DNA from: an uncultured delta proteobacterium
Lineage (GTDB): Bacteria; Desulfobacterota; Binatia; UBA9968
Assembly (NCBI GenBank): GCA_963816145.1
Contig: CAWFJP010000013.1
Location: 1-64,000 of the forward strand
DNA: 64,000 bases
Reading direction: 5' to 3'
In this document: positions 57,387 through 64,000 of the stretch, piece after piece
Layout of the letters: each line of letters begins with the position of its first letter
How positions within the stretch are numbered: position 1 is the first letter of the stretch
Position numbers and translations under genes: made by a program
Notes under the pieces: model-generated
Told to the model about the DNA's origin: nothing
Seen by the model: the letters and a program-made list of their open reading frames with translations, nothing else
Database searches by the model: none

Positions 57387-58751
57387 ATGCTTTACGAATC
57401 CGAACGGGGCGATTTTTCGCTGATGTTGTTGGGCGATGTCATGCCGACGCGGCGCTTGGCGGTATTCGGCGAGGAGCGTTACTTAAAACTGCGCGAAATT
57501 TGCGTCAGCGCCGACGCGACTTTCGCCAACTTGGAAACCGCCGTGCATCGTTACCTCGATGGGCACCAGAACATCAGCGGCGGTACTTACATGACGACGG
57601 AGCCGCAGCTGCTTGAAGACTTAAAGTGGTTGGGCGTCAGTCTGGTTTCGACCGCCAACAATCATGCCTTCGATTACGGCGAAGATGGGATCATGGCCAC
57701 TTGCGGTTATTTGGACAGCGCCGGCATCGTGCACGCGGGCACCGGCAGACATTTGCGTGAGGCGCGCGCGCCGGCCTATCTCGATACGAAACGCGGCCGG
57801 GTCGCCTTGATCGGCGTGACGGCGACCATGCCCGGCCACGCCGTCGCCGGCGCGCAGCGGCCGGACACGCCGGGACGAGCCGGCGTCAACCCTCTGCGCC
57901 ACAGCTTAACTCACGTCGTCGACCAGCGCGGCCTCGATGAACTACGTCGATTGGGCACGGCGCTGGGTTATGACGCGGCGCGCACGCGGCGTATTAATCT
58001 CGGCGACGCTCACTCGCGCGTCGGCGTGCAGAGCGCGAGCGAATACAGTTTTGCCAACATGCGCTTTGAAAAAGGCGAAAGCTTCGGCCTACGCACGGTC
58101 GGACATAAGCGCGATGTCGAGGAAAATCTCCAACAGATCAAAGAAGCGCGACGCATGTCCGATTGGGTGGTGGTGAGTTTACATTGCCACGAGATTGGCG
58201 GGGACAAATTGTTGACCGCGGCGCATCGAAGCGAGATTGACGAGTTGGCCGATTTCGCCGTCGACTTCGCCCATCGCGCGATTGAGGCGGGGGCGGATAT
58301 TTTTGTCGGGCACGGACCGCAGGAGCCTTTTGGCATCGAGGTTTATCAAGGCCGACCGATTTTCCACAGCTTGGGGACGACGATCTTCGAACTCGAAACA
58401 CCTCGCTATCTCGCCGACGAAGCCTACGCGCGCTACGGGCTCGGCGGCGACGCGGGCCCGGCCGACTTCGCCGACGTGCGTTATCAAAACGATCGTGTTG
58501 GCCATCCCGCCGATGCGAACTACTGGAAGCAGGTGGTTGCCAAGTGCGAATTCAAGGCGCGAAAACTCGTGCGCGTCGATCTCTATCCCTTGGATCTCGG
58601 TTTCGGCAAACCGCGCTGGCAACGTGGCCGGCCGCTGTTGGCAGATGAAAAACTAGGACGAGAAATCATCGACAAAGTCGCCGGCTTGTCGCGGCGCCAT
58701 GGCACCGAGGTCAAGTGGCGGGACGGCTGCGGCGTGATCTTGTTTGATTGA
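57387..58751 (+). CDS. CapA (PGA_cap) family metallophosphatase-like protein
   Basis: GDVM, ANLE, ANNHAFDYG, VSLHCHE, GADIFVGHGP, PIFHSLG. Confidence 0.88.
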   Translation: MLYESERGDFSLMLLGDVMPTRRLAVFGEERYLKLREICVSADATFANLETAVHRYLDGHQNISGGTYMTTEPQLLEDLKWLGVSLVSTANNHAFDYGEDGIMATCGYLDSAGIVHAGTGRHLREARAPAYLDTKRGRVALIGVTATMPGHAVAGAQRPDTPGRAGVNPLRHSLTHVVDQRGLDELRRLGTALGYDAARTRRINLGDAHSRVGVQSASEYSFANMRFEKGESFGLRTVGHKRDVEENLQQIKEARRMSDWVVVSLHCHEIGGDKLLTAAHRSEIDELADFAVDFAHRAIEAGADIFVGHGPQEPFGIEVYQGRPIFHSLGTTIFELETPRYLADEAYARYGLGGDAGPADFADVRYQNDRVGHPADANYWKQVVAKCEFKARKLVRVDLYPLDLGFGKPRWQRGRPLLADEKLGREIIDKVAGLSRRHGTEVKWRDGCGVILFD

Positions 58752-58776
58752 GCTGCGCTCGGAGGAAAGATAACGG

Positions 58777-59610
58777 CTACTTTTTTCTGAGCTTGGGATT
58801 GAGCACGTCGTTGATCCCGTCGCCGAACAAATTGATGCACAGCACGAGCAGAGAAATCGCCAAGCCGGGAAACAGCGCCAGCCAGACCGATGCGCTGATC
58901 CGTTCCTGAGCTTCGCTCAACAGCGAGCCCCAGCTGATCAGGTTGGGGTCGCCTAAACCGAGAAAACTCAATCCCGCCTCTAAGAGAATCGCCCGCGCGA
59001 CTAAAATCGACGCCACTACCACCGCCGGCGGAATCGCATTGGGGAGAATTTCCCGAAAAATAACTTTCGCATGGCTGGCGCCGATGGCGCGGGCGGCGAC
59101 AACGAATTCGCGCTCGCGAAAGGTGAGAAATTGTGCGCGCACGACTCGGGCGACTTCCGGCCAGCCCAGAATGCCGATGACGAGGATAATTTTTTCGATG
59201 CCGGTACCGAGCATGGCGACGACTAACAGAGCGAGAAAAAATCGCGGCACGACCAAGACGTATTCAGTCACGCGCATCAAGACGATATCGGTACGGCCGC
59301 CAAAATAACCGGACAGCGAACCGATCAGGATGCCGAGCGCCATCGACGCAGCGGTGGCGAGAAAACCAACCAGCAGCGGCACCCTGCTGCCATGGATCAC
59401 CCGGCTCAAGGTGTCGCGGCCGAGATCGTCGGTGCCCATCCAGTGATCGCCGCGCGGCGCGATCAGAGTCTCGTCGCCTAGGGCGAAGGGATCGTACGGT
59501 GAGAGCCGGTAGGCCAGCGCCGCAGCTAAGACGAAGCCGATGATTAGATACAGACTCAACTCCGCCGCGCGGTTTCTGCGAAACTGTTGCCAGAGTTGGC
59601 GCCAAGACAT
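58777..59610 (-). CDS. peptide ABC transporter permease (DppC-like)
   Basis: HWMGTDDLGRD, EAGLSFLGLG, NLFGDG. Confidence 0.92.
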   Translation of the reverse strand: MSWRQLWQQFRRNRAAELSLYLIIGFVLAAALAYRLSPYDPFALGDETLIAPRGDHWMGTDDLGRDTLSRVIHGSRVPLLVGFLATAASMALGILIGSLSGYFGGRTDIVLMRVTEYVLVVPRFFLALLVVAMLGTGIEKIILVIGILGWPEVARVVRAQFLTFREREFVVAARAIGASHAKVIFREILPNAIPPAVVVASILVARAILLEAGLSFLGLGDPNLISWGSLLSEAQERISASVWLALFPGLAISLLVLCINLFGDGINDVLNPKLRKK

Positions 59611-59644
59611 GGTGGGTTAGCCTGGTTTAATCGCGGTGAAGCAG

Positions 59645-59818
59645 CGATCGAGGTGTGCCCCGCCCGTAACGAAGGCAAAGCAGTCGTGCCTTGAAGAGGC
59701 AAGCGGGCAATTTGCTCATGAGATTAGCTGCGAGAAGATCGATCATCCTGCCAACTCCCAGCAGGAAATGAAACATTCGCGTCGGCGCCTTCGTTCCTCC
59801 AGAGTCACACCTCGATCG
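59645..59818 (-). other. structured intergenic element (candidate ncRNA or MITE)
   Basis: 13-bp perfect terminal inverted repeat, nested 9-bp inverted repeat and internal hairpins. Confidence 0.5.
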
Positions 59819-59862
59819 ACAGAGTGCTGTTTGGTTTCCTCGTAACATAATCCGGGCTGATC

Positions 59863-60837
59863 TCACTTCTGATATTTCACGCGCGGATCGAGCCAGAGGT
59901 AGATCAAGTCGACGAGCAGATTCACCAGAACGACCAGCGCGGTAGTCATTAGAAAATTTCCCATCAAGACCGGATAGTCGCGTTTGACGATGGACTCGTA
60001 CATCAGCCGGCCGATGCCGGGCCAGCCGAAAACGGTTTCGACCAAGACCGAGCCGGTAAAAAGAAAACCGACATCGACACCGATGATGGTCACCACGGGC
60101 ATCAAGGCGTTGGGCACCATGTGGCGCGTGATGACATCTTTTTCATGCAATCCTTTGGCGCGGGCGACCGTTACGAAATCTTCGTAAGCCACTTCCAACA
60201 TGCTGCTGCGCATCATGCGCGCATTCACGGCCAGATGTCGGATCGCCAACGCGGTGAACGGTAGGGCGATGTGAGCGGCGCGGTCGAGCACGAGCGCCGT
60301 GCCGCTCAGATCGACGCCGATGGTTTTGATGCCTTGCGCCGGCAGCCAGCCGAGCTCGATCGCGAAGGCCGCCATCAGCATTTGACCGAACCAGAACGCG
60401 GGCACGCAATAGCCGAAGAGCGAAAAAGCGCTGATGGCATTATCCGCTAACGAGTAGGGTTTACGCGCGGATAGAATGCCCAAGAGAATTCCCACGGCGG
60501 CCGAGAAAACCAGTGCCGGCAGCATCAATTGCAGCGTTGCCGGCACGCGGTCCATGATGACGCTCAGCACCGGCTGGCGATAGTAAAAGGAAAAACCCAA
60601 ATCGCCGGAGAGTATATTTCTGACGTAGAGCAGCAGCTGAATATAAAGCGGCTGGTCGAGACCGAAAAGTTTTCGCATCGCGGCGAGATAGGCCTCGGGC
60701 GCGGGAAACTCGCCGACCAAGGCTTGAATCGGGTCGCCGGGGGCCAGGTGAATCAGGAAAAAATTAAAGACGATGACGCAAACCAGCAGCGGTAGGGCAT
60801 GGAGCAAGCGGCGCAGGACGAATGTGAGAATCGGCAT
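59863..60837 (-). CDS. peptide ABC transporter permease (DppB-like)
   Basis: APGDP, ARAKGL, ETVFGWPGIG, RDYP, LDPRV. Confidence 0.92.
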   Translation of the reverse strand: MPILTFVLRRLLHALPLLVCVIVFNFFLIHLAPGDPIQALVGEFPAPEAYLAAMRKLFGLDQPLYIQLLLYVRNILSGDLGFSFYYRQPVLSVIMDRVPATLQLMLPALVFSAAVGILLGILSARKPYSLADNAISAFSLFGYCVPAFWFGQMLMAAFAIELGWLPAQGIKTIGVDLSGTALVLDRAAHIALPFTALAIRHLAVNARMMRSSMLEVAYEDFVTVARAKGLHEKDVITRHMVPNALMPVVTIIGVDVGFLFTGSVLVETVFGWPGIGRLMYESIVKRDYPVLMGNFLMTTALVVLVNLLVDLIYLWLDPRVKYQK

Positions 60838-60908
60838 TTGCGCTTCTCTAAACGCTCGCGCTTTCAGATTTCAAATTGCCAGACTCGAACTCGACGTTAA
60901 TTGGCCAA

Positions 60909-62570
60909 TTAGTCGCGCTCGAAGTCACCGTCTTTTAGCGCCGCGCCTTTGACCCACCAGATCTCGTCCATGCGCTCGTAGGTCTCGGTGCTGGTGAGGG
61001 CGCCGCGGAACTGATCTTTGATGATATTCAGTTGCAACCTGTCGGCGACAGGGATGGTCGGCAGATCGCGCATTAAAACATCTTGAACCTCATAGTAGGC
61101 TTTGACCATGTCGGGTTTCTTGGTCGCCGCCACCGCTTGGTCGAACAGCTGGTCGACCTTGGGATTACTGTAGCGCGTGAAGTTGGTGAAGGGCTGGCCG
61201 GTGATCGACGAGGTCGCATACAACCGCGCGGTGCCCAGGGCGGGATGGCCGCGGGTGGTGAGCGGGCCAAACCACAGATCGAAGTCGTATTTCTGAAAAA
61301 TCTTTTCCAACATCACCGAGCGCTCGAGCCGTTCAAGTTTAATGTCGATGCCGGCAGCCTTTAATTGCTCGCGCAAAATCTGCACCGGCCTCTCAGCGTT
61401 ATCGTTGCCCGCTTCAAAACTAAGCTTGAGAGCGAAACGTGTGCCGCCGGCGCCTCTCGGATGGCCCGCTTCATCGAGCAGGGCGTTGGCCTTTTTCAAA
61501 TCGAAGGGATACTTGGGCACGTTGGCGTTATAAGCCCAGGGGATGCCCGGCGGGATCACGCTGTCGATGACCTTGCCGACGCCGCGCAAGCCCTTTTCCA
61601 CCACGAATTTCTTGTCGATGGCATGGGCGATGGCGACGCGAACTTCTTTCTTGGCTAAAATCGGATCGCCTTTTAAATTAAAATTCACGCCGATCAGCGA
61701 CGGCGAGCCGATGTCTTTGATGACGGCGTTTTTCAGTTTCCTGAGCCGGTCGACATGCTGATACGGAAAAGAATTGCTCGCGAAGATCGCATTGATCTCG
61801 CCGGTCTCAAACGCGATGGCGCGAGTGGCCGGGTTGGGAATGATGCGATAAATCACGCTGTCCAAGAACGGCCGGCCTTTCTTGAAATAATTTTCATTGC
61901 GCACCAGCGTAATGTGGCTGCCTTTGTTCCATTCCTTAAATTTAAACGGCCCGCTGCCGATGGGCTGGTCATTGTTGCGTGGATTTTTAAACACGTCGCC
62001 GCCTTCGTAGATATGCTTGGGCATGATGCAGCCGTCGTGGGCGGTGAGGATTTCAAGAAATGGCGAATAAACTTTTTTGAGACTAACCTTCACCGTGGTC
62101 GCGTTGGGGGTCTCGATGGCTTTGATGTTACGGTACGCTTCGCGGCCGCGCGCGTTGTATTTGCCGACGAGGTTCTCGAAGCTGAATTTTACGTCGGCCG
62201 AGGTGAGCGGCTGGCCATCGTGCCATTTGACGTTGTCGCGCAGCTGAAAGGTGTAGACCAAGCCGTCCGGGGAAATGTCCCATGACTGGGCCAAGTCGGG
62301 ATGAGGATTCGATTCCTCATCCATGTGCAGCAAGCCGTTGTAAATGTTGGACGTTACCATGGCGACGATCTGGCTGCTCTCGATGCCGCAGTTGAGCGTC
62401 GACGGATCGGCGGCCATGCCCAGGATCAAGGTGCCGCCCCGGCGCGGGTTGCCTTCGACCGGACCCGCCGACGCGACGCCGTGGACGACGGCGAGCAACA
62501 GCGCCAAGAAACCAGCGAGCAATGAGTAGCGTCGTTTTTCCGGCAATTTTATGTTCATTAAAATTTCCAT
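60909..62570 (-). CDS. family 5 ABC substrate-binding protein
   Basis: RGGTL, LAQSW, LRDNVKWHDG, IGSGPFKF. Confidence 0.9.
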   Translation of the reverse strand: MEILMNIKLPEKRRYSLLAGFLALLLAVVHGVASAGPVEGNPRRGGTLILGMAADPSTLNCGIESSQIVAMVTSNIYNGLLHMDEESNPHPDLAQSWDISPDGLVYTFQLRDNVKWHDGQPLTSADVKFSFENLVGKYNARGREAYRNIKAIETPNATTVKVSLKKVYSPFLEILTAHDGCIMPKHIYEGGDVFKNPRNNDQPIGSGPFKFKEWNKGSHITLVRNENYFKKGRPFLDSVIYRIIPNPATRAIAFETGEINAIFASNSFPYQHVDRLRKLKNAVIKDIGSPSLIGVNFNLKGDPILAKKEVRVAIAHAIDKKFVVEKGLRGVGKVIDSVIPPGIPWAYNANVPKYPFDLKKANALLDEAGHPRGAGGTRFALKLSFEAGNDNAERPVQILREQLKAAGIDIKLERLERSVMLEKIFQKYDFDLWFGPLTTRGHPALGTARLYATSSITGQPFTNFTRYSNPKVDQLFDQAVAATKKPDMVKAYYEVQDVLMRDLPTIPVADRLQLNIIKDQFRGALTSTETYERMDEIWWVKGAALKDGDFERD

Positions 62571-62583
62571 CGTATCGCTCCGG

Positions 62584-63945
62584 CTAATAAGTAGAAATTT
62601 TGCGATCGTTACCGTTCATACAACTCATCAATGCGCCAACGTCGTCGACGTTTTCAAGCCGGTCAATCAATCCGGCCAGCTGTTCGGCGCGGCCGCGGCT
62701 TAACGCTAAGGTCGCGCAGTCGAAGAATTTGCCGTGAATCTCCGCCTTGGAGTGCAGCGTCGTGCGCTCGGCCACTTCGATAGTATGAACCGCGCCGTTC
62801 TTGAGTGTCACCGTGATGCGGTCGGGCGGTTCGGCTTGGCCCGGCTGCTGTTGGTTGGCGCGATGGCGGACTTTCGCCATGGCGGCACGCACGCGCGGAT
62901 CGTGAATGTTTTCGTCAGTGAATTGCTCAAGCGTGACCTTGCCGTCAAGTAAAGCGATGGCGAGGATGAACGGCATGCTATTCGGTCCGGCGATCGCTTC
63001 CTGGGGATCGGTGCGCGCCAGCGAGCGCTGATGAAAGTCGCTTTCGACGCTTTCGACCTCATCTACCGTGAAGCCATGTTGTTGGCGCAAGGCCAACAGC
63101 CCTTCGATGGGCCGGTGCGCCGGCGTGCAGGTTGGAAAGCGCTTGATCGGCGGCAGGTTTTCCATGTAAAAATATGTGCCCAAGTCTTTGGTCAGTGCAT
63201 CCCAGTCGCACTCGCCTTCGAGACAAAGCGCGCTGACAAAACCCATCGGCGCTTCGAGAATGGTCTGATCGGCGCTGAAGCCTTTTTGCGCCAGCAGCGC
63301 CGCGGTGACGCCGTTGCGCGCGGCGTTGCCGGTTTGCAGCGCCTTGGCCATGGTGCCGAAGTTGCGCCTGACGCCGCCGGCGCCGGACACGGCGATGCCG
63401 AACGCGGTCGTCATCTGTTTGGCATTTAAGCGCAAAACTTTCCCCGCTGCGGCAGCTGCGGCCAAGCTGCCGGTGGTCCCACCGGCGAACCAGCCGCGCG
63501 ACGTCGGGCCACCTTGGTTTTTGCGCCGACCGGCATCGAGCGCGGCGTCGAGGCGAAAACAGATATCGCGTCCGAGGATGTAGGCTTCCAAGAGCGTCGC
63601 GCCGCTGGCGCCATGGTCTTCGCCGCTGGCCAATGCCGCCGCAACGGTGTGGGTGCTACCGTGGATGTTATCGTCGAAGTCGAGGGCGAACGCGAGCGCG
63701 CCGTTGGCCCAAGCCGCGAGCGCCGGCTCGGTGCGGATTGGACTACCGATGACACCCGCTCTCGGTGCCGCCGCCGCTTCGCGCAAGTATTCAGTCAGAA
63801 TCCGCGCCACCGCTTGGCGCGAGGCGGCGAGGGTGACGCCTAAGACATCGAGGATAACCAGCTTCGAAATTTCCACCGCCTTGGGTGGAATGTCTTGCAG
63901 CCGGGTGTCGACGACAAATTGCGCGAGAGTTTCAGTCGGGCCCAT
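62584..63945 (-). CDS. MmgE/PrpD family protein
   Basis: ILDVLGV, ANGALAFALDFDD, NFGTMAKAL, IKRFPTC. Confidence 0.88.
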   Translation of the reverse strand: MGPTETLAQFVVDTRLQDIPPKAVEISKLVILDVLGVTLAASRQAVARILTEYLREAAAAPRAGVIGSPIRTEPALAAWANGALAFALDFDDNIHGSTHTVAAALASGEDHGASGATLLEAYILGRDICFRLDAALDAGRRKNQGGPTSRGWFAGGTTGSLAAAAAAGKVLRLNAKQMTTAFGIAVSGAGGVRRNFGTMAKALQTGNAARNGVTAALLAQKGFSADQTILEAPMGFVSALCLEGECDWDALTKDLGTYFYMENLPPIKRFPTCTPAHRPIEGLLALRQQHGFTVDEVESVESDFHQRSLARTDPQEAIAGPNSMPFILAIALLDGKVTLEQFTDENIHDPRVRAAMAKVRHRANQQQPGQAEPPDRITVTLKNGAVHTIEVAERTTLHSKAEIHGKFFDCATLALSRGRAEQLAGLIDRLENVDDVGALMSCMNGNDRKISTY

Positions 63946-64000
63946 GGTTAGTGATCCTTTTGCATCGCATACGCTGCAAATTAGGTGCTCGCCATCAAGC

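Noticed and set aside
57387-58751. Poly-gamma-glutamate capsule locus
   Set aside because: Only a CapA-family gene with no signal peptide; capB/capC are absent
59627-59866. 79-aa and 69-aa ORFs in the dppB-dppC gap
   Set aside because: No family features or convincing RBS; the nested inverted repeats explain the region better
3306-63843. Long antisense/alternate-frame ORFs (e.g. 7442..8257, 22637..23446, 28151..28999, 32774..33754, 36577..37899, 49661..50440)
   Set aside because: They overlap well-supported genes, have no family motifs and are expected in GC-rich coding DNA
1-64000. CRISPR array, rRNA or tRNA genes
   Set aside because: No regularly spaced 25-40 bp repeats with unique spacers and no recognisable rRNA/tRNA motifs seen by eye; the short repeats found are 7-9-mers

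Overview
A GC-rich bacterial chromosomal segment of about 50 genes. The gene families, the many orphan substrate-binding proteins (SBPs) and the intergenic repeat types suggest Candidatus Binatia / a Deltaproteobacteria-like lineage (inference only). Most of the window is a transport and catabolism neighbourhood: 14 ABC SBPs with no ABC ATPase, five amidohydrolase-superfamily enzymes, two tandem thiamine-diphosphate E1 alpha/beta pairs with no E2/E3, two MmgE/PrpD proteins and two Dpp-type permease pairs. It also carries aat and ptsP. Best candidate for an undescribed system: a self-contained three-gene operon at 51.5-54.4 kb. It has a sigma70 promoter, a perfect 18-bp operator matching the PaaR-type consensus, a BoxB-like diiron aryl-CoA epoxidase, a thioredoxin-like [2Fe-2S] ferredoxin, a divergent NuoF-like flavoprotein and a terminator. 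This suggests an epoxidase fed by a complex-I-like NADH module instead of BoxA/PaaE. Other highlights: (1) a more AT-rich, rearranged defence-like island (10.4-15.8 kb) with two chimeric in-frame gene fusions sharing a related ~28-bp junction sequence and an IS110 recombinase missing its left end; (2) a 69-aa classical C2H2 zinc-finger protein under a sigma54 promoter; (3) a ~175-nt structured element between dppB and dppC. Several isolated frameshifts may be sequencing errors. No rRNA, tRNA or CRISPR array was seen. All calls come from reading the sequence and recalled family motifs; no searches were run.
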